A program made the translations under genes and the position numbers. The notes beneath the pieces are model-generated. The model ran no database searches and was not told where the DNA came from. It saw nothing but the letters and a program-made list of their open reading frames with translations. 64,000 nucleotides of DNA, from the NCBI RefSeq assembly GCF_009914755.1, contig NC_060942.1; one strand, 5' to 3'. The stretch's first letter is position 1. Each line of letters opens with the position of its first letter. This document shows, piece after piece, positions 37,501 to 54,139 of the stretch. The stretch comes from the human T2T-CHM13v2.0 reference genome, Homo sapiens.

Positions 37501-40500
37501 ATATTGGTATGAAAACAGACATATAGACCAATGAAAAAGGTTGGAGAACTCAAAAATAAAGCTTCACACTTAAAACCATCTGCTTTGACAAAGTTGACAA
37601 AAACAAGCAATGGGGAAAAGACTCTGTATTTAATAAATGGTACTAAGATAACTAGTTAGCCATATGCAGAAAATTGAAACCAGACCTTGTCCTTTCACCA
37701 TGTACAAGAATCAACTCAAGATGAATTAAAGAGACTTAAATGTGAAACATAAAACTCTAAAATCCCTAGAAGACAACCTAATAAAAAGAGTTGAATTTTG
37801 TGAGCCTCCACCTAGATTTGGAGGCCCTGAAAAAGATTTCATAATGAAGACTCCAAAAGCAATGGTAACAAAAACAAAAGTTGACAAGTTGGACCTAATT
37901 AAACAAAAGACCTTCTACACAGCCAAAGAAACTATCAATGGAGTATACAACCCGCAGATTGCAAGAAAATATTTACAACCTATGCATCTGACAAAATCTA
38001 TATGCAGCTTTAACAAATTAATGAGCAAGAAAAAACAACCCAATGAGCAAATAGATAAATGACATAAATAAACAGACACTTCTCAAAAGACATATATGTG
38101 GCCAACAATCATATGAAAAATGCTCAACATCACTAATCATTTGAGAAATGCAAATCAAAACCACAATGACCTACCATCTCATGCCAATCAGAATGGCTAT
38201 TACAAAAACATCTAAAAATAACAGATGTTGGTAAGGCTGTGGAAAAAAGGGAACACTTATACACTGCTGGTGGGAATGTCAATTACTTCAGTCACTTTGG
38301 AAAGCAGTCTGGAGATGTCTTAAGGAACTTAAAACAGAGCTACCATTCAATCCAGCAATCCCATTACTAGGTATGTAACCAAAGGAATACAAATAATTTA
38401 CTGTAAAGAAACATGCACACATATATATGTTCATCACAGCACTATTCACAATAGTAAAGACATGGATTCAACCTAGATGCCCATTGGTGGTGAACTGGAT
38501 AAAGAAAATGTGGTACATATACACCACGGAATACTATGTAGCCATAAAAAAGAATGAAATCATGTCCTGTGCAACAACAAGGATGTAGCTGGAGGTCATT
38601 ATCCTAAGCAAGTTAACAGAAACAGAAAAGCAAATACTGCATGTTCTCACTTGTAACTGGAAGCTAAAAGTTGAGCACACATGGAATCTAAGAAGGAAAA
38701 CTAGACACAGGAGCGTACTTGAGGATGGACGTTGGGAGGAGGTAAGTATGGAAAAACTACCTATCAGGTACTGTGCTCATTACTTGGGTAATGAAATAAT
38801 CTGTACATCAAACCCCTGCAACACACAATTTACCCATGTAACAAACCTGCAAATGTACCCCTGAACCTAAAGTAAACATTGGAAAGAAAAAAAAAAGGAT
38901 AAATAAGAAACACCAAAAAAAGAAAAATCATACAAAACCACAAGCCGTCTCAGTGCTCATAAAGTAGCAGCAAAACATGGTGGCCTTACTAAAGCTAAAA
39001 GCATCCCAAATCTATTTTTTTAATCTCAGAATGCTCTCCTAATAGCCAGAACCCATTTTTCTTCCTTGTTGCTGGAAATTTCTACCTGAATATTCAGAAA
39101 CAATAATTCAGTCTCCTAAACTCTTCAAGTTCCCCTTAAAAGTGTATTTTTTCGTGCACCATGATCTTGATGCACAGAACCTCTATCCTTGTTCCCCATT
39201 TTGGAAGGCTAATCAGCACATTTTAGGGGTGCCTCTCCTTTGGTCTCCAACCTGAATCAGTTAACAAGATTATCCAAACTAATTTCTAAATACTTCTCTA
39301 ATTTTTTTCTTTTCTTCCTACACTGAATTAGTTGCATTTATCATCTTGCATTATATTAAAACAAGCAATGGGTGGTGTAAAAGTAATTGCTACGTAATAT
39401 TTGTTTATAAGTTTCTTTTTCACCCCTATTAAACTGACATCCCGTGAAACTTCTTAAGTTTTTGTCCTGAGCATATTATATAATATTTGGCACTCAGCGG
39501 GTACACAATAAATTGAGTTATACTCCTAATAATTAAATAGTGGGCAAATAAATGTTTACTACTTCCTTGTGAATTGATACTTCCTAAAATGAGTTTTATA
39601 CTTTTTAAATATTCAGGGATAAAGCTTAACATGCTAGAACAATGAGATAAGCACATTTACTCTAACGTGTATGATTTTCTGCATTTGCAAAATCTGCCCC
39701 CACCAACTGCTCTTAAATTCTGTCTCCATACCCTTTTTCCCATGCTATCATTATATTATTTCCCATTCTTCTGAAATGCAGATAATTTAGGAGTTATTGG
39801 ACACCATCCCATATAAAACAGTAGATTTATACAACCCAAATCCTAGAAACGTGTGTTCTCTGCTTGCCAGGAAAACAAGTTGTGTGTAAAGTTCCGTTGA
39901 GGCTTCTTGTTCCCACAGAATAGCACCTAAAGGAGGTGATAGAATGCTGGAACATGTGGCATTATGCTCGGAATGTTTCTCTGCCTAATTGGCCTGAATT
40001 TATGAGTACATAATAACCCTCTCTATGCATTTTTGAACACAGGCAGCATTATAAAATAAGCCTGAGTAATATCCAGGCTGCTTTGTTTTATGGGGATCTT
40101 TATAGCATGAGCATGTTGTGCAACAAATGCACGGGGTATGCACAGATGTTTACATTCATTTATACTTCTCTGGGCAGCAGCAGCAATATGAATGCAGTTT
40201 GGACAACATCATTAAGAATTACACTTGGACTCACTTTATTACATTAAAAGGAAGTGTGTTTCTTCCCACTTCTAATTCACTTTAGAAGTCAAGAATTAAG
40301 TTGGCCAATAGGTGATTACATCTCTCTTTCCAAGCTCTTTTCTCAAATCATTATTATATTTCTTTTTCCATTCCAGTCACTTGGTTTCTCTGTTGTTTTG
40401 TATTTCAAATAACTAATCAGCTCCAGGAGTAGAACATTACTGCTGCTCAGGGCCTGCTAGTTTTTTTCTTACTGTCTGGTTTCTTGAATTAATGCTATAA

Positions 40501-41173
40501 TATTTTGGATGCCATTACACTATGCCAGAAAAATCTTTCCTCTGCTATGGGCACCAGTGGAGAACAGTTTGTAAGTAATATTGTACTTTCCTGATTCAAT
40601 AAGTGGGTAATTTGTTCCAGTGAGCAAACATGCATGACTTTATTCTTATGACAATAAATGAAGTAAGATACTCACCTGGATTTTCAGAACTCTACTATGA
40701 GGTATGTTTTGGATTTCAGAAGATATTAAGAAAGACAAAGAGGTAAAAACTCTGGAAAGCAATGCAAGATTCCTTGATGACATCTCAGATGCAGCTAGTA
40801 AAGAGTTTGGTCATTCTGCTTTATAATCTGCCAGGCTTCTCAAAATACAGTTTTTAATTCACAAACATCCGGTATAAGACAGAATCAACCAGGCCCACCT
40901 GAAATGACCATTCTTAACTAGGTTCATTCCAGGCAAGAGGGGCTCCCAGAGGACATTTCCTGCTCAGACAGCCCATATATACCAACATTTTAAAATCTGT
41001 AATACTTCTGGGGACTTGCAGTAATCACAAAATAAGATTGATTTTGTATTTTCTCATAAAATCCTATCCCAACCACCCATTGTTTTAGTAACATATTTAG
41101 CCAAAACTGCCAAATCTGCCAAATCCAACTGTCTATTCAGTCACATAATCTGCTTTTCAAAATTTCTCTAAAC

Positions 41174-41392
41174 CAGAGTATCTCCACCTCACCACTACTG
41201 ACATTTGGCACTGCATAATTCTTTGCTGTAGGGAGTTGTCCTGCGTACTGTACACTGTTTAGCAGCATCACTGGCTTCTACTCGCTGGATGCCAATAGCA
41301 CCCTCACCAAAGTTGTGACAACTAAAATTGTTTCTGGACATTGCCAAGTGTCCCCCGGGGGGGCAAAAATCACCCCTGGTTGAGAAACACTG
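41174..41392. mobile_element. MER20 (hAT-Charlie) DNA transposon
   Basis: CAG...GGTTGAGAAACACTG termini, 219 bp, internal 'gttgtgacaactaaaa..gtttctggacattgccaagtgtccc'. Degenerate 8-bp TSD CTCTAAAC/TTTTAAAT. Confidence 0.9.
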
Positions 41393-41865
41393 TTTTAAAT
41401 AAAACCAACTCAGATTTAGTGAAAAACAAACAAACAATAACTTCTAGTGTTGCTCAATCCCCAATAAGCCAGTGTGACATAATGGTGGCACACGTTGGGG
41501 TAAATGCATTGTTTTGGAATCAGCCCACTCAGGGTTCAGTCTCCTCATCTATAAATAAGCAGATCATAAAATGCTACTTTTGAAGGTAGCTGAAACATAG
41601 CACATACAAAATACTAGCAAAGTGTCTGAAGGATATTAGCTATTTTTAAAAAGACCGGTTTCTTTTATTATCAGCAAATCGTATCCATTAAACTTTACTT
41701 TCAGCCTCAAGATCATTGTTAGGGTCCATTTTAAAGTCCATCTTCATTGAGAAATGAAGATGATATAGAATATTGGACTAAATTTACACTAATCCCACAA
41801 CATTTTTGGACTTAGTTTTCCACATAAGTTTATCTATTTTAGGCCTGAGAAAAAGCTGGCAACTA

Positions 41866-42184
<319 letters not shown>

Positions 42185-43050
42185 AAAAGCTGGCAACTGC
42201 CTCCTATGGTGGAACAAGTTCTAGGGCTGGTAGACTCACTTTAATAGTTTCAGTCTGGCTATGAGAAGTACAGTCTCCAAGCAGAAGAGCAATCCCCCAT
42301 CGTGCTCTTCCAGGCAAGTTCCAGCAACCAATGTTCCCAGGAACAGCAATGGATCACAGCAAACGGACTTAGAAGTTAGGGAAGGTTTCTTATCCCTCAG
42401 TATGGGGGTTCTTACAAGTCTAGGAAGAAAGATGGTTAGCTCTCAGGAGATATTCTATTCATGGGTAACACGCTGGGGTGAGGGATCAGCTTAATGGAAT
42501 TATCAGAGTCAGATATGGAATTGAATAAGAGGCTTTCAAGGCCAGAAGAAGAGCTTAAAAGCAGGGACTGAGGAAGAAGCCAAAGCTTATAAACAGGAAT
42601 ATCTTGGCAACCTCCAAAACAGCAGTAATAATGGCTTTCTCTTCATAGGTTCAGGATCAAAGAGTTCTTCCCTTTAAGTATTTAGCCTGCAATCAGGAAG
42701 AACATGGGAAAGCACCTGTTGCAATCTGGTCTCCACATTGAAGACAAGTTTCAAATAAGGCAGCCATCTCATAGTATGAGGAGGGCAGAGTTGGGTAATT
42801 GATCTTGGAGTGACAATTGAATATCAAGCAAACAGTTTTTACTTATGTGATTAATGCATTGAACAAATTAGGTCCTTTCTTCCTTTTACTTTTACTTTCT
42901 CAAACCTAGTCTGCAGATTTTGTTCTTTCTTCCCCTGAATGAAAACCAGGGCAAGTTCTGCAATGTATATGCACTCACTCACATGACTAAATCTTATCCA
43001 TCATGTTGGCCCCTAAAACAGTCAGAGTTGAATCATAAAAATTCCTTCCT

Positions 43051-43340
<290 letters not shown>

Positions 43341-46300
43341 AAAAATTCATTCCAATGCAATACCAAAGTTTCAAACTTTGGTAGGTTTGTCTGAAGACTA
43401 TTGCCAGAAGAAAGAAGTAGAGTGGAGTTTGGAAATCTTTTGAACTGAAGTATCTGAAAGTTACTCTACAGCAGAGACGTGGAGAAGAGGGTAAAAAAAA
43501 TAAGAGTGTAGATAACATCTTTTCAGATTAGAATCCTCCTGGAGTTGTATTTGTCTCACTATGGATTTAAAGCTGCCTCTCCCGTGGCTATCTTTGTGCA
43601 TTTTTGCAGAGCCCTCATTGCTATGGACCTATCCCCTGTCATTCTCTGCCACAGTGGTACACTTCCTGGCTGCACCTGCTAACCATTTAGGCTCCTGCTT
43701 CTCTGTAGTCCTCCTCTTCACAGACTCTTTCTTGGGGGCTCCATTCCCCTCCAGAAAGCCATCTTGGAAGAGTCCCTGCAAGGTGACTATAGACCCTAGC
43801 AGGCTTTCTCTCTCCCTGATCACCACTAGCCTTGGGAGACACAGGTGTGTAACCCATAATTTGTGGGAATGCGGCACAGTCCCAAACACAAATGCTGCAC
43901 CCTGGCTATAGTTCACATTGCCTGTTAGAACTCTCAGGCAAGAGTGAGATCACTGTCTACTATCTTGCCAATGCAGAGGCCACACAAAAGCTCTCCAAGT
44001 GTTATCCTCAAAGCCCCTCTAATTAGCCTTGATGTGAGGGAAAAGCACAGAGAACTAAAATTCTCCAATCTTTAACCACGCTCAGCCTCTGCAATGTTAA
44101 TTTTAATGTTAATTGATTGAGGGGACAAGTGCCTAGTCCCACATCAGGGAGCTCTGGTGTCTCATCTTAGAATATGTGGAGCAATCAGACCTGACTCTCA
44201 GCCAACATTGAGAGGAAATGTTCCCACATCAGTGCACAGACAGCTCCTGGGGGCCAGCTCTCTCCAACATATTAGAGGAGTGCAACACCTTCTTTCCCTT
44301 CTGGAAATGGCAGAAACTTAAGCTACATAATATCAGAATACACACAGTGTCACTAACAGCAAGAAAGAGTGCCTGTAAAATATAGAGGGCTGGGTGATTC
44401 ATAGGCAATTCAGATGACTCAATACATTAAATTGGGCCGCTGGTTAAAATTATTTGGGAATCCCAGAGAGTTCTCTTCTGTTTTCTACCTCTAGAGTCTA
44501 TAAACCTGCTTCCCTAGCCCTTTTTCCCAATTACAATTTTATCATTCTGTTCTTATTCAAATAATCACATGCCATATTGCTGCAACAGCCCTTCTCGAAT
44601 GAAGAACGATTTATCTTTGAGGGTGACACACTCTGAGCTTGTGGCCAATGATTGGTAGCACAGCACATATGGACAGGAAATTGTGTGTCTTCCACAGAAC
44701 GCTGCTCACATATTTTACTACCGAATATAAAACACAGAGGGTACGTTTGGGGCAAAGAAACCTGGGCCTCTTGGAAATCCACATCCCTTCAAGCCCCTCA
44801 CAATATGACCAAGTAAGCTAATAAATCTCCTCCATCTTCCAGCTCTGTCCCTCCAACAGGGAACATCAGAGAGCTCTTTGTTTTATGGTTTTCAACTCAT
44901 AATAAGTTTGAAATCTATCAAAGAGAAATCTTCCTCACTACCATTTTTCCCATCTCGAGCAGAAGAAAATTCTGAAAGAGTAGACTAAAGATGATCTCAG
45001 TTGTCAGGAGTAGCTGTTTAGGAGTTTCTTCTGACATTTACATAAGTCCATATTCAGCAGAACAACTCTTCTTTAACACAAACCAGCCTGTGGCAGAGAT
45101 CCCTGATGCTGACTATGCAGTGGGTGCCAAATAAATGTCATTTGTTATCATTGTCATTTATTTCCTTATCAAAAGTAGCCTAGGGCATGAAAATGACATG
45201 TTTTTCTTTCAAATGCTTATTTTTATTGAAGATTATTTTGTTGATGTACTTCTCCTAACATTCTGACTTGCCTTAAGTAATGCATAACATCCATAACTAC
45301 CTATTCTGAGGAGGTGGGCAGGGAGAAGAGGGGTATTTTTCCGTAAAAAGACAAGTGGCATTTCAATGAATGCTAAAGTTTGAGGAGAAAAACAGTGTTC
45401 ACTTGGACAACATATTCACTGAAACAGCTATGACTTTTACAAGAGCCAAATATTTAATAAGCCCATATACAGACATATTATATATATATAAATGCTCATT
45501 TCTAAATATATAAATATATATTCCTATATATTTATATGTATTCCTAAATATATATGAGATTAAGAAAATACTCAAGAATGGAATGGAATATGTATATACT
45601 ATTTCAGATTATCTAGATATATTGTTCCTCAGTTACCACATTCTATGATGAACTTACATTTGCATACACAAATGCCTAGATAATAAAACTCAAAATAAGC
45701 CTACTTGGTTTTCTTGAAATTATCTCAGATTTCCAATCTACTGGGTGTAAACAAAGTTCTGATTTAGATATGTTGCCCAATGTTCTGACTTCAGAAGACT
45801 GCCAGTAAGTGAATGTTGTATTTCATTCATCACATTTTGTCCATTTGAAAAAAAGAGGCACAGTTATTAACATGAGAGATCTACTTGTAGAGACTATAGG
45901 CAATGTTGCTGTGCTATTGAGAACCTTTGTGATATAACACAATTTCAGCACTAGAAAACATGCCTATTTGAATCTGAGTCAGAAAAAGCTTTAAAGAGGA
46001 GATAGGAACAGTAGGCACTGGGCATCAACGTATTTGGATTGAAAGAAGAAAGAGTTCATTGCAAGAAGTGAGGAGGAGAGGTGAATATAAGAGTTACTTA
46101 CAACAAAGTTCAATTGACAACTGCAACAAATTCTTAGATCTGAAGGACTTTAGCATTATAGAAGCAGCACTGTCCCAAGAGTCAGGAAACTCTGTCCACT
46201 TCCCATTGCCATCAATGTCATTAACTAACACACAGTCATGGCTGCCTTCTGGGCCTTTTTTAAACTGCTTATTTAGTAGACTAAAGGGAAGAAAATAATA

Positions 46301-46429
46301 TAAAATTTTACTTAGTAAATCACAACATTACTCTTAACTGTCTCAAGAGATAAGACTATTTTACTTCAGAGTAGACTGTCTTATAACATAAGGCCAAGTG
46401 GAAAAGTGAGTAATAGCTTCCATGGTGAA

Positions 46430-48840
<2,411 letters not shown>

Positions 48841-48865
48841 AACATGAATAGTAGCAAAGATAGCG

Positions 48866-49231
48866 CATATTATTCTGCTCTCACACTGCAATAAAGAACT
48901 GCCTGAGACTGGGTACTTCATAAAGGAAAGAGATTTAATTGACTCACAGTTCCACATGGCTGGGGAGGCCTCAGGAAACTTACAATCATGGCAAAAGGGT
49001 AAGCAAACTCATCCTTCTTCACATGGAGGCAGGAAGGAGAAGAATGATAAAAGAAGGAAAAACCCTTTATAAGACCATCAGATCGCCTAAGAACTCACTC
49101 ATTATCATGAGAACAGCATGAGGGTAACTGCCTCTACGATTCAGTTACCTCCCACATGTCCCTCCCATGACATGTGGGGATTACAGGAACCACAATTCAA
49201 GATGAGATTTGGGTAGGGACAAACCATATCA
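48866..49231 (-). mobile_element. THE1 (C/D-like) MaLR solo LTR
   Basis: 'aaggaaagagatttaattgactcacagttccacatggctggggaggcctc...caagatgagatttgggtagggacaaaccatatca'. Confidence 0.9.
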
Positions 49232-50239
49232 CAGAGCTTAGCCCAAGAGTTTATTTGAGCCACATTTATTCTCAATTCCTTTAAAACCTTGTCTAACTCC
49301 CCCATTTACTCCAAAAGAACATGTCTAAGGAATCTCAACCCAAAGGAATCTTTCCCTTTTCAGTATTATATATGGCACCTAAGAATTCTGAATACTATCT
49401 ATCTCAAATCCAGTACTCCCTATCAAAGTTTCTATTTCATCTTCAGGAAGTTTCATGCCCTAAGAGCAACCTTGCACTAATCTAAAGATTCCAAGAGACA
49501 ATAATAATATTAAGACACTTGTTATTAAAACCTTTCCATTAAATGAGGAACCATTTGGTCATATTCAACTATTAACAAGATTTCCACTTCCCAACATTCT
49601 ATTTTTCAGGGCATACCTCTAGTCCCATATTCTCCATGAAACTGCCTAACTACTTCCTTCCCTGCTACAAAATTGAATTGGTATTTTTAATGTTGGTACT
49701 GAAGACAAACAAAATTTCATGTTTTTTAGGTAACAAACTTTGCCTTGAAATCATTGTATCTCAACTATACAATAAGCATTTTGTGAAATGTATTACATAC
49801 AGATACTGCTTGATTTATGAAGTCAGTTGTTAGCCAGTTTTCCCTTGCTCATTTGCCATGGAAAGTATTTGAATTCTCTGAGATCCCTCTTCAAATTGTA
49901 CTTGCTTAATGAAGCCATTTCAATAAGGCAGTGAATTGGACTTCTAGGACATAACAATGAGAATTGAAAGAAGCTGCCGACCACATCACTTTAGTGTAAA
50001 TCATTCATCCTCCCCTGAGTACATTTCACACTTGCAATTTCTCAGTCTTACCTTGATTGTTAGCTTGCATGGCTCAAATTATGTCTCTATGTGCATGTCT
50101 TCATCTGGAGCTGGATAACTAATATCAGATATCATACATTTACTTTTACTCATTGCAAAGATTTTCCCTGTACTCCTACTGCCCTGTACTTGTGTGCTTG
50201 TAGTATATTTAAATTGTATGGCAATACTAGATATGTGTA

Positions 50240-50573
50240 ATGTGAAGAATGGGGGCTTATTACTCATTGCTCTGCAAGCAGCATGAGCATCATCATATTT
50301 CCACCAGTTTACTTTGTCCCCAAGTCCCACAGGCACAATGCAGATAGATGCCTATGCACACAGTTGGTGGCATTACAGGAAAGGAACTTTTAATTTAGGG
50401 ATCCAAATCTTTTATAACAGCAGTATATGCCTGCCTTTTGCTCTGGAGAAAAACTAACTCTATTTTCCAAGGCTGTTCACTATATAAATATTCTTGAAAA
50501 GATAGTCCAGAACAAAGGACATTTACTGCCTCCCTCATAGTGTGTACAGAAATGCAGGAATTATCTTCCAACA
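50240..50573 (-). mobile_element. ERVL-class LTR (MER54/MER73/MER74/LTR47 group)
   Basis: Reverse complement begins TGTTGGAAGATAATTC and contains 'cctttgttctggactatcttttcaag...gtgaacagccttgg'. Left boundary approximate. Confidence 0.6.
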
Positions 50574-50894
50574 TAGCATACTATTAAGAAAGAAAAATGA
50601 TGCCAATGCTAATTGTGCTGTGACAACAGATATGAAATAGGAATTTTCTGGACAATTCAGGACGTAGGTTCACTAGTGGATACCTACCAGTCTCTGACAC
50701 ACCTTTTAATTCTGTAGTATCTACCATTTGAAGGAAAACTATAAAAGACACCAGCTCTTTAGGGACCAAGAAGTACATAAAGGTAACAGTGCCCAGTACA
50801 GCCATTTTCCAGTTATCACAACTGGCTTCTTAAACTTAAAGCCTCTAGTGTTAGGATCTTGAATGGATTTGATATGTTGTGACATTACTGTTGT

Positions 50895-51040
50895 GTTATT
50901 TAGTGTAAGGGGTTTAGACTAGGACACCAGGCACCTAAGATTGAGTCAGATTTTCTATTAATTTTATTTCTGATCTTGGACATGTCACTTAACATTTAAC
51001 CTCAATTCTTTAATTCTGTGTAATGTGTTACTAATGTCTT
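50895..51040 (+). mobile_element. MIR fragment
   Basis: Core-like 'tgatcttggacatgtcacttaac...cctcaattctttaattctgtgtaatg'. Confidence 0.5.
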
Positions 51041-52029
51041 TATCTCAAGTGTGACTTGAACTAAACCATGGATCATGGTCTTGTAAACTGAGATGAAACT
51101 AGGTCACTGGATAACTTCCTTGGCCAAAGTATCTTTGGCTCCACTAATTCTGAGTTCTTGCCTCTTCTAGAAGATATTTCATATTTGTGCCACAGAATGC
51201 AATGAAGTGTTCTTTCTCTTAAACCTGTTACATTTTGGTCTAATTCTTGAAGAAATTTAATAGGAGCTAAGTGATTTATTTATCTTCTGTTTTCAGTTGG
51301 GTTTGCTTGTACCATAGGCCTCATATCACATACCAATCCCAGCTGCTATCCTGGAAAACTGTAGAGGAACTTTCTGAGATCATCTTCATATAGGTACAGG
51401 AGAAGAGACTGGTGGCACTTGTGCCAAATGATTTCATCTTTTTTTCTGAATTCTCGCTCCTTATTTGCCGTTATTTGATCCATTTCTTTCCATCTAATTA
51501 CTTCAAAAAACAATTAAAAGAGGGAGAATCTCTTTAATTGCTTTTTCAATAAAGACCTAAGAAACACTTCACCTACAATGTCTACTATGTATTATCTCCT
51601 TTTTATCCATAATCTTCAGTTAGTTCAATTAATTCTTAGGTGTTTTCTTGCCTTTCATGTTTTAATTATTTTTTAATATTGGTTCTGAAGTCATTATAAC
51701 AGGTTTTGTAAACTTTGGCAGTGAAAATGGGGTGGGGAGAGGCCTGCCAATATGCCTGATTTCTGATCTGCAACTTTGCAATGTTTCTATCCTTCTCATT
51801 TCATTTTCAGAAAATCCTTTTTTTTTCTTTTTCTTAAAATTGTCTTTTGCAAATTAGTCCTATAGGATTTCAGTTCAAAGAACTGGTCTAGGTCTAGGCT
51901 TCCAATTGTGGTATTTTTAAACGCAAACTCCAGGTTTCCTGTGTGGGTTCTTTGTTTTAAACTTTTTGTCAGTATCTTCTTAATTAATGTCCTTATTTTA
52001 TAACAATTTCCTATTTATAATTTAATTTT

Positions 52030-53320
52030 TCATTTAATTTTCTTTGCTTCATAAAGAAAAGTGAATATTGTTTAGGAAGCAAAAAGAACAGAAGGGCTTA
52101 TAGAGAAAATCAATAATTCTCTTTTCCATGCCTCCCCACCCACAGAGTCTTAATCCCCAGAGGCACCCTTTTAACTGCTTGCTTTTTGTTTTCCAGAGCC
52201 TTGCCTTCAAATACTTAATTAGCACATTTATTCCACTATTTATCTGTTGGCCTCCTGCTATGAGAGGATTTCATTCACACCACTCCCCACTTTCTCAAAC
52301 CTTTCTCTCTAGTTTTATCACTATAGCTTTCCCTCTGAACACCTCTGCAATAACAACAACACTAGTTAAATTTTCATTTCTTGGTCTATAAATTATAGAG
52401 AATATATCTTGGTTTTATTCTTTTTAAGTCAACAGGACACTAAAGCCCCCACCCTTTCCTTCTCTCTTTCTTCCTTCTTCCATCTCTCATCTCTGTCCAC
52501 ACTTTTAATAATGGCCGGTTGATACTGTTTATAATTTGTCCTATAATCTTAGCACAGTCTTCCATGATCTATCAGCTGATTCTAAATTAATTTACTATGC
52601 CATGTTAATAACGAGTTAGGTAATAAGCTGTGACTCCATTTCTTCCTCCAGTGGCATGTTCTTCACTTAAAGTAGAATGGACTTAGAATTAGTTCAACTG
52701 GGTTCTTTTTTTTCTTTACAGTTTACCAATTTCCTTTAGCATATTCTCAAATATTTCTAGATTCACAATAATATTATGTGTCATTTTGTTTTCCCTTTCT
52801 TTCCCTTTCAAAGATCTTCCTTTTGGAGTCTTAATTCTCTTTCCATATGTGGATTAGTTGCTTTCCAGGCTAATACACACTTTCCCTCACTGCACTCTGG
52901 TTTGGATCTTCTGTTTCCTGCATCCTATGGCTTTATTCTTTATTTGCTATTTTTCTGGAGTATATCCTCAAGAAACTTTCTATGAAGAGGTACCTAGGCA
53001 TTTTGATGAATCTGAATATGTTTTCATTCTACCATCACATATGCTGTATTGGCTATTTTCTGTGAGTACAATGTGTTGTTGGTAAGAAGTCTAATTTCAC
53101 TACGTTGTAGCCAACTTTTGTTTAAACCTCTCCATGGCCCATTTTTGGGGACATTCTTCTCATTTTTTGTGTTTTGAAATTTCATAAAAATTGGTTTAGG
53201 TATCTCTTTAACAGAGTCATTATGGTTAGTACTGTCTGAAAATTTGTATTTCAGTCTGAACATTTGTGTACTTTTTCAATTCTGGGAAATTTTCTTCTGA
53301 TTTCTTCTCTTCCACAAATT
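52030..53320 (-). mobile_element. Ancient L1ME/HAL1-like remnant
   Basis: ORF 53024-53263 'IPKPIFMKFQNTKNEKNVPK' resembles L1 ORF1 'TPRHIIVKFQNTKDKEKILK'. An L1ME-like 3' end lies only ~1 kb away at ~52030-52200. Confidence 0.45.
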
Positions 53321-53354
53321 TGCTGGATCCTAGTCTTTTTCTTTCCCCTAAATT

Positions 53355-53800
53355 TAGGGCTCAGTTCTGCCTCTATATTCCTTTTTCTTTGCAGCCTCTC
53401 CCTAGATAATTTCATCACCTCCTATGGCCTAAAATTTATCCATAATTTGATAACTCCTGAATTTATATTTCCAGCCTGCTCTCCTTCCAGATCTATAGAT
53501 TCTAAAGACCTATAGATCCAGTTGCCTATTTGACCTACGTACTTGGATGTCTAATATATGTCTCAAACTTGCAAGGCCCAACTAGAACTCTTAATTTTTT
53601 TTACCCTTAATACCCTTGTAATTATTCATTTTGTCACAAGTCAGTAACATCATCCACTTAATTGCCAACAAAAGAATATAGAAGTTATCTGTAATTTCTA
53701 TTGCTCCCTAACACCAAATAGCAGATTCAGCAGCAAAAGCAAAATGTATTCTTAATCTAACCACTTCTCACCAATTCATCTCATCAATACCAAAATTATC
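53355..53800 (+). mobile_element. L2 fragment (RT C-terminal region)
   Basis: 'atttatatttccagcc...ccagttgcctatttgacctacgtacttggatgtctaat...tctcaaactt' matches the L2 'IYISSP...CLLDISTWMS...LKLN' region. Confidence 0.75.
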
Positions 53801-53834
53801 TTTTCCAAATACCAGTATCCCAAAAGTTTATAAC

Positions 53835-54060
53835 CTGATGTGTAAGTATACATATTCTAGAGTCCAACTGACTGGCTTAGTTTCAAATTCCAGCTTTACC
53901 ACTAAATACCTGTGTGACCTTGAGCATTGTCCTTAATAAGCCTGTATCTTAGTTTTCTCAGTTATAAAATGCAGATAAATGATTCCTTATGGGGCTGCTG
54001 TGTAGAGCATACAACACATCCTTAATAAGTGCTCTTTGTCAAGATTACTGTAATTACTAT
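53835..54060 (+). mobile_element. MIR
   Basis: 'ttcaaattccagctttaccact...tgtgtgaccttgagc...tagttttctcagttataaaatg'. Confidence 0.75.
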
Positions 54061-54139
54061 AATAACTTCCAATCTAATTTTCTTAACTACCCTCTTTTTG
54101 CCCCCATCCCCCAGCTGCCAGGATAGTCTCTCTCTCTCC

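Noticed and set aside
40669-40760. Minus-strand donor CAG|GTGAGT with a nearby acceptor
   Set aside because: Isolated splice motifs occur by chance, and there is no recognisable coding frame.
51297-51395. Possible exon after a strong acceptor (tcttctgttttcag)
   Set aside because: Stops in all three frames and a weak donor. A lncRNA exon cannot be supported from sequence alone.
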